Assembly: GCA_002688105.1 (NCBI GenBank)
Contig: NZBQ01000044.1
Location: forward strand, 719-64,718
DNA length: 64,000 nucleotides
Direction: 5' to 3'
Origin: Dehalococcoidales bacterium
GTDB lineage: Bacteria; Chloroflexota; Dehalococcoidia; Dehalococcoidales; GCA-2688105
This document shows positions 44,124-53,388 of this stretch, in pieces (positions within the stretch are counted from its first letter, which is position 1; every line of letters starts with the position of its first letter). The notes below the pieces were generated by a model, which saw nothing but the letters and a program-made list of their open reading frames with translations, was not told the origin of the DNA and searched no databases. Both the position numbers and the translations under genes were made by a program.

Positions 44124-44363
44124 TACTATCCCTTCAATGCCTAATATCCTTCACCTATTTTATACCAAAAGGGCAACAAATGTCTCTAGGCTTTGTAAAG
44201 AGCCAAGCATTATTATATTTTAGTCTCGAGTGAAGAATTAGGCAACATTATTTCCTCTTTTTCTGCCAGATGAGACAAAAGTCGCATACACTTAGCTCGT
44301 TATTGAATTAATATTACAAAAAGAGAAGACATTGAGGTTTTTTGGAAAAGAGGTGATGCTAGG

Positions 44364-44555
44364 ATGTTGAATTTGAAGATTTGCCCGAGATGTAAGGGCG
44401 GTGTAGTGCTCGACCGGGACCATTGGGGCTGGTATGAGCAATGTATTCAGTGCGGTTACCTGCACGACCTGCCAAATATAGCTGAAGTAGAGCTGTCTTT
44501 GGCTCAGGAGGCCAAGAGGAAGGTGTCCGGACTGCGTAAGCGGGGCAAAGGATAA
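44364..44555 (+). CDS. small zinc-ribbon protein, function unknown
   Basis: 63 aa. CPRC..CIQC pairs and a Lys/Arg-rich tail. Good SD (agaggtga) 7 nt upstream. Confidence 0.5.
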   Translation: MLNLKICPRCKGGVVLDRDHWGWYEQCIQCGYLHDLPNIAEVELSLAQEAKRKVSGLRKRGKG

Positions 44556-44615
44556 AGCTGATAGAATGGCTTAGCATGGAAACCATCTGTGTAGTTCACC
44601 CCCTCTTTCTAAGCT

Positions 44616-45353
44616 TCAGGATTTCAGGTCGCCATTAATACCAATGGTTACCTCTTTAAAGGGGATATCTTTACCGCTTAAGCGTATAGCTTCTTGGGCC
44701 ATATGTACTATTCCGGAGCAGCAAGGAACCTCCATGTGCATCACAGTAAGGTTCTTTGCCGATGAATATCGTAGAATATCAATCAACTTCCCTAGATGGG
44801 CCTGGAAGTCATCTAGTTTGGGGCAAGCCACCAGTAGAGCACGGTCTTTAAGGAAGTCCTGATGAAAGCCGGCATAGGCAAAAGGAACACAATCCGCCAC
44901 CAACATCAGGTCGGCTCTGTGGAGGAAAGGCGCCTTCGGAGGGACGAGAGTAAGCTGAACCGGCCAGTGGTTGAGCATTGACGGCTGGTAGACATCCTCC
45001 CTTTGGGCGATATCTGTTGCCGCCGGCCTCTCAAGCTGAGTAACCGTATCTGAGGGACAACCGCAGGGGAGTTCTTGGTTAGCCGGTTCTGTGTTCTCCA
45101 GGTGGTGCTTTACCGCCTCTTCATTGAACTTCTCAGCTACTCTCTCCTCGAAGGTTATAGCTCCTTGAGGGCATTCCCCGAGGCAAGTACCTAGAGCATC
45201 GCAATATTTCTCGCTGACGAGTTTTGCCTTGTTATCAACGATTTGAAGAGCTCCCTTAGCGCAGGCCGGCACACAAAGACCGCAGCCGTCACATTTTTCA
45301 TCATCGATTCTTATGATTTTTCTCGCTACCTTCGTCATTATCTCAACTCTCAC
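44616..45353 (-). CDS. 4Fe-4S dicluster domain protein with Cys-containing C-terminal domain
   Basis: 245 aa. CDGCGLCVPAC and CDALGTCLGECP. C-terminal ACPKLDD..MEVPCCSG. Start is GTG at 45353 or ATG at 45338. Confidence 0.7.
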   Translation of the reverse strand: MRVEIMTKVARKIIRIDDEKCDGCGLCVPACAKGALQIVDNKAKLVSEKYCDALGTCLGECPQGAITFEERVAEKFNEEAVKHHLENTEPANQELPCGCPSDTVTQLERPAATDIAQREDVYQPSMLNHWPVQLTLVPPKAPFLHRADLMLVADCVPFAYAGFHQDFLKDRALLVACPKLDDFQAHLGKLIDILRYSSAKNLTVMHMEVPCCSGIVHMAQEAIRLSGKDIPFKEVTIGINGDLKS

Positions 45354-45365
45354 TCAAAACTAAAC

Positions 45366-45638
45366 TTAGTCGCTGTCCTTCGCCTGTGCCTTTTGCCCTT
45401 CAACCGCCTCTCTAAACTGCTTCCATCTTTCTTCACCTAAGCATTCACGGGCTGAGGCGCACCACTCAATGCACGAAGGCATCTTCTCACTGTAGACCTG
45501 CTCGCCGCATTTAGGGCACTTTACCCTTAGTTCATCAGTGAATAGCTCGACCTCGGTATCACAGCTGGGGCATTTGTATAGTGCTGCCCGTATATTTTTG
45601 CTATCCGAACCAGGACATCGGCTGTACATTTCCTTCAC
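45366..45638 (-). CDS. small double zinc-ribbon / Cys-rich protein
   Basis: 90 aa. CPSCD..CPKCG plus CIEWC..C. SD aaggaagtgaagga. Confidence 0.55.
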   Translation of the reverse strand: MKEMYSRCPGSDSKNIRAALYKCPSCDTEVELFTDELRVKCPKCGEQVYSEKMPSCIEWCASARECLGEERWKQFREAVEGQKAQAKDSD

Positions 45639-45679
45639 TTCCTTTGCAGGTGAGTATTTCAGTCTTTATCCCTATGTGT

Positions 45680-45709
45680 ATTATACCATTGAGCGTTATT
45701 CTTTATCAA
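45680..45709 (-). promoter_or_regulatory. internal promoter with extended -10 ahead of the Zn-ribbon and Fe-S genes
   Basis: Minus strand: -35 TTGATA (45704-45709), 18-nt spacer, TGgTATAAT (-10 at 45680-45685). The -35 region tGATAAaGAaTAAc is weakly Fur-box-like. Confidence 0.4.
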
Positions 45710-45743
45710 AATTCAGTTATAAGTGGCGGGGTTCTCCTAGCGA

Positions 45744-46382
45744 TTATTGACCTGCCGGGGACTGCTCCTCTCTGGTGAATAGCAGAGGAAATACTATATC
45801 GCTTAGACAACAGGGGATTAAAACGGCGAGAAATAAGAACAGGAAGACAAAACCAAGTAGCGGAATCCACTGGGCTATGCCGAAGGCGGTGAAATAGAAT
45901 AGTGACGCCCAGGTGCTTAGCAATACATGTCCGTAATGGGGGAATTTGGTTACCCGTTTCCAGTAGCCAAGTATAATACCAATCAGTGCTGCCGAATTTA
46001 TAAGCTGCCATTTCGCAATTCCAATCACGGGCATTTTTTCAGTTTCAATAAAGGGTATGTGGAATCCGATTTCGATATTGAGTAATACTCCTCCCAGATA
46101 AGGAATCACGGCATCGCTTAAAGTAGCTATGCCGATTGAGCCGGCGTAGCCAATCAAAATCACTGTCCAGATTTTACTTTGGCTATATTTGCGATGCATA
46201 GCTGTAGTTGCCATAGCACTCAATATGACATGGATTGGGTGTAATGTGTAAAAAGTAGCTTGTGAGACTGAGGATGGGATATTGCCCAGGACTATTATGA
46301 CCATGATAATAATCCCGGTAACGGTTCCAGTCGCGGTGAAGAGAGTATGTTCTTTGAGTTCAATGGCTATTCGTTTGAGCAT
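45744..46382 (-). CDS. integral membrane protein (about 6 TM), possible metal transporter
   Basis: 212 aa and hydrophobic, with His-containing helices (YTLHPIHVILSAMATTAMH). The assignment rests only on context downstream of a Fur-family gene. Confidence 0.5.
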   Translation of the reverse strand: MLKRIAIELKEHTLFTATGTVTGIIIMVIIVLGNIPSSVSQATFYTLHPIHVILSAMATTAMHRKYSQSKIWTVILIGYAGSIGIATLSDAVIPYLGGVLLNIEIGFHIPFIETEKMPVIGIAKWQLINSAALIGIILGYWKRVTKFPHYGHVLLSTWASLFYFTAFGIAQWIPLLGFVFLFLFLAVLIPCCLSDIVFPLLFTREEQSPAGQ

Positions 46383-46445
46383 TGTTTCATTTGGCTAAAA
46401 ATATTTTCAAAAACAAAAAATAAATCCGGTTTTAGCCGAGTTCAC

Positions 46446-46886
46446 TCAGGCTAAGGCTGTCTTTTGGCACTTCTGGCAGCGGCCGGTAAACTTAAGAAAG
46501 TGGTCATCTATCTTGAAGCCGGTCTTCCGGGATAATCTTTGCTCCAGTCTTTTAAGGTCGCATGTAGTAAAGTCAGTCACTGCGCCGCAGGCAGAGCATA
46601 TCAGGTGGTGATGGTGTTCCGGGACTCTCCTGATTAAATAGCTTCGGGAGCTACTTTCGGTATTGATCTCACAGATGACTCCGAGTTCGGCGAGTATTCC
46701 GAGTGTGCGGTAGATAGTAACCAGCCCAATGCCAGGGTGTTCTTGTTGCAATCTCTCATATATAGCGGCCGGGGTGAGGTGTTTCTGGCTGGTGGTGATT
46801 AGTTTTAACATCGTGCGTCGCTGTGGGGTGAGCTTATAACCCCGCTGCCTTAGCTTGGCTGTTATTTCCTTCATTACCGATTCCAT
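46446..46886 (-). CDS. Fur family metalloregulator (Fur/Zur/PerR class not resolvable)
   Basis: LTPQRRTMLKLI DNA-binding helix, HHHHLICSACG and a CQKC zinc site. Start is ATG at 46886 or 46874. The 207-aa track ORF runs through its own promoter and was rejected. Confidence 0.85.
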   Translation of the reverse strand: MESVMKEITAKLRQRGYKLTPQRRTMLKLITTSQKHLTPAAIYERLQQEHPGIGLVTIYRTLGILAELGVICEINTESSSRSYLIRRVPEHHHHLICSACGAVTDFTTCDLKRLEQRLSRKTGFKIDDHFLKFTGRCQKCQKTALA

Positions 46887-46896
46887 CTCAATTACT

Positions 46897-46948
46897 AAAC
46901 GAAAATGATTTTTAATTAGCATTATAGCCGTATGGCTCATTTTGTCAA
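46897..46948 (-). promoter_or_regulatory. consensus promoter plus Fur-box-like AT-rich palindrome (autoregulation candidate)
   Basis: Minus strand: -35 TTGACA (46943-46948), 16-nt spacer, -10 TATAAT (46921-46926). Directly followed by gctAATTAAAAATCATTTTC, which matches 12 of 19 positions of the classical Fur box by my hand alignment. Confidence 0.5.
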
Positions 46949-47400
46949 TGCCCTGGTACTTTCTCAGGAGGGTAAATAGGTTCAATTCTTTGGGATTTAG
47001 GTTGATGATGTGTTGGTTACCCCCAAATGGGGTTTGACGGGGGTTACATATAATTTTGACAGAAAACACGAGAATTTGGGACTATATGCCGTTTGGCGAA
47101 GCCAAAGATGGGAGATTTGACGATTTATCTCAATGGGAGCTAACTGGTTATATGCCCCTCAAGAACTATTAGCTTGCATCTTTATCATTGACTGCCAATA
47201 CTATTATTTGTTAGTCTAAAAGGCTGTAAATTAGGGGGTAGTTATCGCCGGAGAAGACAGTCGAACAACGATTAACTCCTTCTGAGGTGCATAATTTAAG
47301 TTCGGTTCCGGCTATATTTTAGGTTATTAATAAACCCTTCTTTTTGGTTTCCCTTAATTTCCTTTATGCCGTTGGATAGTGTTGATAAAGGAGAAGAAGT

Positions 47401-48216
47401 ATGAGTTCTAGTTTTCAACTAGAGAAAAAATCGAAAGACATTTCTCTTCACTTTTCTCAGGTGGCAGAACGCTACCGTGACTTAAGAACAACTGATCCAG
47501 AACCGATTATTTACCTTACGCAGCAGCTTGTTCCAGTATTAGATTTACCTCGCATTGATATTGCGGATATTGGCTGTGGGGGTGGTCGGTATAGTTTACT
47601 CTTGGCTAAGTGTTTGGATGGGAAGGTTCGGCTTAGCTGTGTTGACAATAATAAGCGTATGCTAGAGACACTGGAAACCTATTTGACTGTGCATGGCGTA
47701 AGCAGATTTGTGAGCGTGAAATCTGATGCTGAAAGTTTGCCTTTTGATGACAGCTCCTTTGATTGTCTGTTTACCTTCAACGCAGTGCATCACTTTAAGC
47801 TGGAAGCTTTTTTACTAGAGGCGGCTAGGATTCTTAGAGACAGGAGTTTGTTTTTCATTTACACCAGAACGCTAGGGCAAAACAGCCGGAATATCTGGGG
47901 CAGGTATTTCCCTCAGTTCTGCCAGAAAGAAACTCGCCTTTATCACCAAGATGAGCTCGAGCAAGCGATGAGTATGGTACCTGCCTTAAAACTACGCAAT
48001 GTGAAATACTTTAAATATCAGAGAACTGCTTCACTGGAGCGTTTAATAGAAAAGGCTGAGAACCGACATTATTCCACATTCTGGTTTTACTCTGACCAGG
48101 AATTTGTTACCGCATTGAAGGAGTTCCAACAGAATATTAGGGACCGTTTCTCTGACCCAGAACAAGTCCGGTGGTCTGATGAGAACCTTCTCTTGGTTAT
48201 TGAGAAAGAGGGCTAA
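47401..48216 (+). CDS. class I SAM-dependent methyltransferase
   Basis: 271 aa. Motif I IADIGCGGGRYS. SD aaaggagaag. Confidence 0.8.
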   Translation: MSSSFQLEKKSKDISLHFSQVAERYRDLRTTDPEPIIYLTQQLVPVLDLPRIDIADIGCGGGRYSLLLAKCLDGKVRLSCVDNNKRMLETLETYLTVHGVSRFVSVKSDAESLPFDDSSFDCLFTFNAVHHFKLEAFLLEAARILRDRSLFFIYTRTLGQNSRNIWGRYFPQFCQKETRLYHQDELEQAMSMVPALKLRNVKYFKYQRTASLERLIEKAENRHYSTFWFYSDQEFVTALKEFQQNIRDRFSDPEQVRWSDENLLLVIEKEG

Positions 48217-48240
48217 CTACGGCTGAACCCTTGGAGTTGA

Positions 48241-48561
48241 TTATTTTTCAGTCTCGTCTTCTTTGCCCCAGTTTTGCATTATTTCTTTCAAATGCTGAGC
48301 CAGTTTGGCATTGGTGCGCAGGCGCTCGATAAAGATAGGGCAGCCTTCCAGCAGTGAGTTCTGGGCGGCGGTTGCCATGCTTGATAGCAGGTTCTGCATA
48401 CCGAGGTCGGCTGATTGCGGCATGTTCATCCCCGAGGCTGACGCCTCTAGCTGTCGGCGGATGTCTTCAGCAGTGAACTTCATCGGCACTACGCATGATT
48501 TATACCACGGGCACTCCTTGCACTGGACTATCGTATAGGCTTCATCTAAAACATCACCCAC
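48241..48561 (-). CDS. hypothetical Cys-containing protein
   Basis: 106 aa. GTG start 9 nt after a strong SD aaggagg. CKECPWYKSC and GCPIF motifs. No family recognised. Confidence 0.5.
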   Translation of the reverse strand: MGDVLDEAYTIVQCKECPWYKSCVVPMKFTAEDIRRQLEASASGMNMPQSADLGMQNLLSSMATAAQNSLLEGCPIFIERLRTNAKLAQHLKEIMQNWGKEDETEK

Positions 48562-48607
48562 ACCTATTAACCTCCTTATCCAATAATCTTAGTCAACTCT
48601 TTTCTAT

Positions 48608-48930
48608 TTAAACCTTGCTAGAGAAGGCACCAATTATCTTCCCTTGAATTATACTATCCTTATCAATGAAAAAGGTAGTCGGGATGCCCATGGCATTATA
48701 CCTCTGAAATACAGCTCCATCAGTATCAAGCAGCACAGGTAGGGAAAGGTTGTAGTTCTGCATGAACTTCTTTACTGTGGATGAACCCTCGCCCAAGTTA
48801 ATTGTCAGTAACATAAGTCCCTTGCCTGCCCATTCATCATATATTTCCTGCATATACGGCATGTTTTACATCGTCTGGTTTTAACAACGCCTAATGCTAA
48901 TTGATTTAACCTTTAATATCAAGTTCAGTA
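48608..48930 (-). pseudogene. decayed TlpA/redoxin-like thioredoxin-fold gene
   Basis: The 84-aa ORF (48608-48862) is only the post-CXXC half (MPYMQEIY..GIPTTFFIDKD..G.IIG). A CKTC remnant and an ..ELDIKG segment lie upstream in other frames, separated by stops. Confidence 0.55.
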
Positions 48931-49114
48931 GCAATTGCTATTTTCCCGTATACCGATTATACATATTGTTAATTTTAGTCTGGAATATTGTAAAATAGAA
49001 GAGATGAAACCTTTAAGCTATACTCAAACCCCCAGCTGCGGGTCAGGAGGCTTATTGAAGAAGAGTAGATTTGCTTTTTTGTTCAGACTGTTATATTCTG
49101 TGGAAAATTGAATA

Positions 49115-49262
49115 GATAACCTGGAGGGGCCTGGAGCAATTCAGGTGTAAACGGAGAGCAAGTCGGTGGAAATCCGACGCAGTCCCGCCTACTGTGACTG
49201 ATAAATGATTTTTATCGGAAGCCAGAACGCCGGACCTCTGGGTATCTGGTAACCTCCGCGGT
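49115..49262 (+). promoter_or_regulatory. cobalamin (B12) riboswitch aptamer
   Basis: Core blocks GGTGGAAATCCGACGCAGTCCCGCCTACTGT and GGAAGCCAGAACGCCGGACC (B12-box-like). Lies upstream of cbiB. Boundaries are approximate. Confidence 0.8.
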
Positions 49263-49297
49263 GGAGGGGGTGAGGGTATGTTTAGAGAGTCATAAGC

Positions 49298-49334
49298 ATC
49301 CCCTTGCCTGATCTGGTGAGGGGATTTTTATTTT
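49298..49334 (+). terminator. intrinsic terminator (riboswitch expression platform)
   Basis: Stem atcccct (49298-49304) pairs with aggggat (49319-49325), followed by TTTTTATTTT. Confidence 0.7.
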
Positions 49335-49483
49335 GTCTGATTAGCTTGGAGGGTAGTATTACTAATATTAAATTGAAGTCATCAGGTATTGGCATTATTC
49401 TGACTGAATTATTTAAGCTGAGGTTTTAAACGGCTGGTTTTGAGGAAGAGCATCATTTTTAGTAGGTTCGAGATTAAACAGGC

Positions 49484-50416
49484 GTGGATATTTTACTGAT
49501 ATTAGCCATTGCCCTGGCTATTGATTTGGTGCTGGGTGAACCACCCCGTATCATCCACCCGGTGGTGTGGATGGGGAAGGTTATTTCATTTCTGGAGACA
49601 AGGGGTGTTGGTCGTCATCCTTTAGCCCAGTTTATTTATGGGATAGTGATAACTCTGCTCATTATCGGACTGTTCACCGTGCCTGCCTATTTCATTCTCC
49701 TTTACCTGAAGAGCCTGGCGCCGGTGGCGCATGTGGTGGTGGGGGCAGTATTCCTCAAGTCCACCTTTTCTCTGAAAGAACTGCGGCGGGTGGCATTGAA
49801 GGTCAAGAGTTTTCTGCTGAAGGAAAAGTTGGACGAAGCCCGCTTTGAGCTACGCTCATTGGTCAGCCGCGACACTCGGGGTTTACCCCAGCCGCTGTTG
49901 GTATCAGCCACTGTGGAGTCAGTGGCAGAGAGTACCGGCGACAGCTTTGTGGCTCCCCTGTTCTACTTTTTACTTTTTGGTGTCCCCGGAGCCATTGCCT
50001 ATCGAGTAGTCAACACTATGGATGCTATGTTAGGCTATCATGGTAAATACGAGTATTTAGGCAAGTTTGTCACCAGGCTGGACGATGTGCTTAATTTTAT
50101 ACCGGCGAGACTATCGGCGCTGCTCCTGGTTTCAGCCGCTTTCTTGTCTCGGAGAGATGCACGAAGCTCGTGGCAGACGGCACTTAATAGTCATTCTCGA
50201 ACTGAAAGCCCTAACGCCGGTTGGCCTATAGCCGCCGTAGCTGGGGCGCTCAATGTGCGGCTGGAAAAGAGGGGGCACTATAGGTTAGGTAAGGCGGGAG
50301 TCTTGCTGATACCGGAGACCATCGACGATTCTTTAAAACTAATGCAAATAGCCGTGCTAGGCTGGGCTTTAATATGTTTTATAGTGGGGGTGGTTTATTT
50401 TGTCTATACGATCTAA
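49484..50416 (+). CDS. cbiB: adenosylcobinamide-phosphate synthase
   Basis: 310-aa membrane protein. GTG start. N-terminus LAIDLVLGEPPRIIHPVVWMGK is typical of CbiB/CobD. Confidence 0.9.
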   Translation: MDILLILAIALAIDLVLGEPPRIIHPVVWMGKVISFLETRGVGRHPLAQFIYGIVITLLIIGLFTVPAYFILLYLKSLAPVAHVVVGAVFLKSTFSLKELRRVALKVKSFLLKEKLDEARFELRSLVSRDTRGLPQPLLVSATVESVAESTGDSFVAPLFYFLLFGVPGAIAYRVVNTMDAMLGYHGKYEYLGKFVTRLDDVLNFIPARLSALLLVSAAFLSRRDARSSWQTALNSHSRTESPNAGWPIAAVAGALNVRLEKRGHYRLGKAGVLLIPETIDDSLKLMQIAVLGWALICFIVGVVYFVYTI

Positions 50417-51509
50417 GCCTGAAGTAGAAAATCTGAAAGTCTGTTGCCACGGCGGACCGGATTGGGCTGAGTTGAGGTCTCTGGGTCTTAACCCTGAGCA
50501 GGTTCTCGACTTTAGTGTTTGTACTAATCCCTTCCCCCCTCCATCCGGGGTAAGGAAGGCGCTAAGCAGAGCGGCTATCGACCGTTACCCTGATTCTGAG
50601 GCAACCGAATTCAGACAGTGTCTCTCGAAAAAATTAGGAATTGCTGCGGATAATATTCTGGCGGGGAGCGGTTCTACTGAGCTTATCCGCCTCATCGCTT
50701 TGACTTATTTTAGTCGTGGGGATTCAGTGTTAATCCTTGAGCCTACCTATGGCGATTATGAGGTGGCTTGCCACATGACGGGTACGGAAGTTTTAAAACA
50801 AATGGCGAGGGTAGAAGATAACTTTACTTTGCGGGTAGAAGAGACGGTTGAGCTTATTAGGCAGCATTGCCCTAAGGGGATATTTATCTGCCATCCCAAT
50901 AATCCTACCGGGCAATATTTCTCCAGACAGGAGATTGAGGCTGTCCTGGATGCCGGTGTAAATAGCCTGCTCATTCTGGACGAGGCATATATTGCTTTTA
51001 CTGATGAAATCTGGTCGTCTCTTGACTTGCTCCACCGAGGCAACATAGCTATCGTGCGCTCTATGACTAAAGACTATACGCTGGCTGGTTTACGTCTTGG
51101 CTATGCTGTTGCCCATCGGGAAATTATTGATAGGCTGCAACGGGTCTGCCCACCGTGGAATGTCAGTGTATTGGCTCAGCAGGCAGGCGTGGCGGCGCTG
51201 AAGGATGCGGACTATCTGGAGCGGTGTAAGCCGAAGATTAAGCAGGCGAAGCAGTTTCTGGTGGGTGAGCTTCGCCGACTTGGCTTCACGGTAATACCAT
51301 CAAAGACAAATTATTTCTTGGTCAGGGTGGGTGATGGGAAAACATTCCGTTCGGCTTTACTCAAGCATGGAATTCTGGTGCGCGATTGCGCTTCTTTCGG
51401 GTTACCTGAATATATCCGTATTGCGCCTCGTATTATGCCTGAGTGCCGGAAGCTTATAGCTACTATTCAGGCATTGAAACGTGGTGGAGGACTGGATACC
51501 AATATTTGA
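50400..51509 (+). CDS. cobD: L-threonine-O-3-phosphate decarboxylase (class II aminotransferase fold)
   Basis: 369 aa. PLP-Lys region RSMTKDYTLAGLRLGY. TTG start overlaps the cbiB end. The assignment relies on cob context. Confidence 0.75.
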   Translation: MSIRSKPEVENLKVCCHGGPDWAELRSLGLNPEQVLDFSVCTNPFPPPSGVRKALSRAAIDRYPDSEATEFRQCLSKKLGIAADNILAGSGSTELIRLIALTYFSRGDSVLILEPTYGDYEVACHMTGTEVLKQMARVEDNFTLRVEETVELIRQHCPKGIFICHPNNPTGQYFSRQEIEAVLDAGVNSLLILDEAYIAFTDEIWSSLDLLHRGNIAIVRSMTKDYTLAGLRLGYAVAHREIIDRLQRVCPPWNVSVLAQQAGVAALKDADYLERCKPKIKQAKQFLVGELRRLGFTVIPSKTNYFLVRVGDGKTFRSALLKHGILVRDCASFGLPEYIRIAPRIMPECRKLIATIQALKRGGGLDTNI

Positions 51510-51528
51510 GTAGTCTCAGGAGGTAAAG

Positions 51529-52599
51529 ATGTCAGAATCGTTATCCAGAATAATTGAAATGATAAAGCCTTTGGATGAACCGGCAATGGCTGAAGCTCAA
51601 GCCAGACAAAATCTGTTGACCAAACCTCAGGGTAGCCTGGGCAGACTGGAGGAGCTGTCAGTTCAGCTGGCTGGCATTCAGGGCAGGCCTATACCTCAAA
51701 TCAGGCACAAGGCTATTATTACTATGGCTGGTGACCATGGTGTGGTAGCCGAGAAAGTAGGTAACTGGCCTCAGGAGGTAACCGCCCAGATGGTTTACAA
51801 TTTCCTTAACGGTGGGGCGGGAATAAATGTCATCGCTCGTCAGGTAGGAGCCAAAATTATTGTGGTTGATATGGGAGTAGCCACTGAGCTGGGGTCCAGT
51901 CCTCAGCTTCTGTCCCGAAAGATTGCCCTGGGCACCCGGAACATAGCTCGGGGTCCGGCTATGACCCGGGAGCAGGCAGAGATGGCGGTAGAGACTGGGA
52001 TGGAAATAGTGGCGGCTGAGGTGGCTAAGAGGCTGGATATTGTCGGTACCGGTGATATGGGGATAGGTAATACCACTGCCAGTAGCGCTATAGCTGCGGT
52101 TATGATGGGGAGACCAGTGGCTGAGATAACCGGCCGGGGTACCGGTATAGACGATGAACAGCTTAAGCATAAGATAAGAGTAATAGAGAGAGCCCTGGGG
52201 GTGAACCACCCCGACCCCAAACAACCGCTGGAGGTGCTGGCGAAGATAGGTGGCTTTGAAATCGGGGGGCTGGTTGGGGTGATGCTGGGGGCAGCTGCTC
52301 ACCGCATTCCGGTGGTTATTGACGGCTTTATTTCTGGGGCAGCTGCCCTTGTTGCCACGGCACTATCGTCCGGAGTAAAAGATTTCCTTATCGCTGGGCA
52401 TATTTGTGCTGAGGCTCATCACCAGTGGGTGCTTAATCACCTGGGACTTAAGCCGTTATTGAGTCTGGATATGCGTTTGGGTGAGGGCACCGGTGCCGCC
52501 CTGGGGATATTTCTGGCTGAGACTTCAGCCATGGTTCTGGCGGAGATGGCTACCTTCACTGGAGCCGGGGTATCTCAGAAGGACAAGGCAGGTAGTTGA
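51529..52599 (+). CDS. cobT: nicotinate-nucleotide--dimethylbenzimidazole phosphoribosyltransferase
   Basis: 356 aa. GDMGIGNTT and MRLGEGTGA motifs. Confidence 0.95.
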   Translation: MSESLSRIIEMIKPLDEPAMAEAQARQNLLTKPQGSLGRLEELSVQLAGIQGRPIPQIRHKAIITMAGDHGVVAEKVGNWPQEVTAQMVYNFLNGGAGINVIARQVGAKIIVVDMGVATELGSSPQLLSRKIALGTRNIARGPAMTREQAEMAVETGMEIVAAEVAKRLDIVGTGDMGIGNTTASSAIAAVMMGRPVAEITGRGTGIDDEQLKHKIRVIERALGVNHPDPKQPLEVLAKIGGFEIGGLVGVMLGAAAHRIPVVIDGFISGAAALVATALSSGVKDFLIAGHICAEAHHQWVLNHLGLKPLLSLDMRLGEGTGAALGIFLAETSAMVLAEMATFTGAGVSQKDKAGS

Positions 52600-53375
52600 G
52601 TTTCTTAGCGGCGCTGAGGTTTCTAACCGTTATACCTCTGCCCGGGCGGCGTGAGGTTCGCCAGGGGGAGATAGGGCATTCTATAGTTTATTTTCCAGTG
52701 GTCGGGGTTATTATCGGTCTTGTCCTGGCTGGCTTGAGTTGGCTGCTGTCTCTGATTCTACCTTCAATGGTAGTTAATGCCTTACTGCTGGTTGCCCTGG
52801 TGGTGATTACCGGGGCGCTGCACCTGGATGGTTTTATTGATACCTGTGATGGGTTAGGCACTCACCAAACCCCCGAGGCTCGGTGGCGGATAATGAGTGA
52901 CAGTCGGGTTGGTGGTTTTGGTATTATTGGCGCTGTTTTGCTGCTGTTGGTTAAGTATGTTTCGCTGAATAGTGTGCCTGGGGCATTGCTGATGGCGACC
53001 CTGGTGCTGATGCCGTTGGTGAGTCGCTGGGCAGTGGTCTATGCCATTTTCGCCTACCCCTATGCCAAGCCATCGGGTTTAGGCAAGGTATATAAACAGG
53101 GGGTAGGTTGGCGTAGGTTTACCCTGGCTACAATCATAACCCTGGGGGTAGCTATAGGTTTAGCCCGATGGGCAAATATTGCTTACTTTTATCTGGCTGG
53201 CTTGGCTATAATGGGAGGCATCTGGGTTATAGTGGTGGCTATGGCCGCTTACCTGAAGCGCAAGTTTTCCGGTCTTACCGGGGATACCTATGGGGCTATA
53301 AGTGAAGTAGCTGAGGTTGGTGTCCTTATTCTTATCTTGTTGCTGGCTCATCACCAGTGGTTAGGGTTAGTCTAG
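52596..53375 (+). CDS. cobS: adenosylcobinamide-GDP ribazoletransferase (cobalamin synthase)
   Basis: 259-aa membrane protein. HLDGFIDTCDG motif. 4-nt overlap with cobT. Confidence 0.9.
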   Translation: MSFLAALRFLTVIPLPGRREVRQGEIGHSIVYFPVVGVIIGLVLAGLSWLLSLILPSMVVNALLLVALVVITGALHLDGFIDTCDGLGTHQTPEARWRIMSDSRVGGFGIIGAVLLLLVKYVSLNSVPGALLMATLVLMPLVSRWAVVYAIFAYPYAKPSGLGKVYKQGVGWRRFTLATIITLGVAIGLARWANIAYFYLAGLAIMGGIWVIVVAMAAYLKRKFSGLTGDTYGAISEVAEVGVLILILLLAHHQWLGLV

Positions 53376-53388
53376 TCGGGAGGACTCG

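Noticed and set aside
44124-44363. Looked for a T-box leader upstream of trpS.
   Set aside because: There is no specifier-loop or T-box (AGAGA..GGUGGNACCGCG) sequence. Only a plausible promoter (TAGACA-18-TAAAAT) is present.
46887-47069. N-terminal 60-codon extension of the Fur-family ORF.
   Set aside because: The extension contains the gene's own consensus -35/-10 and the Fur-box-like site. Fur proteins are about 140-150 aa.
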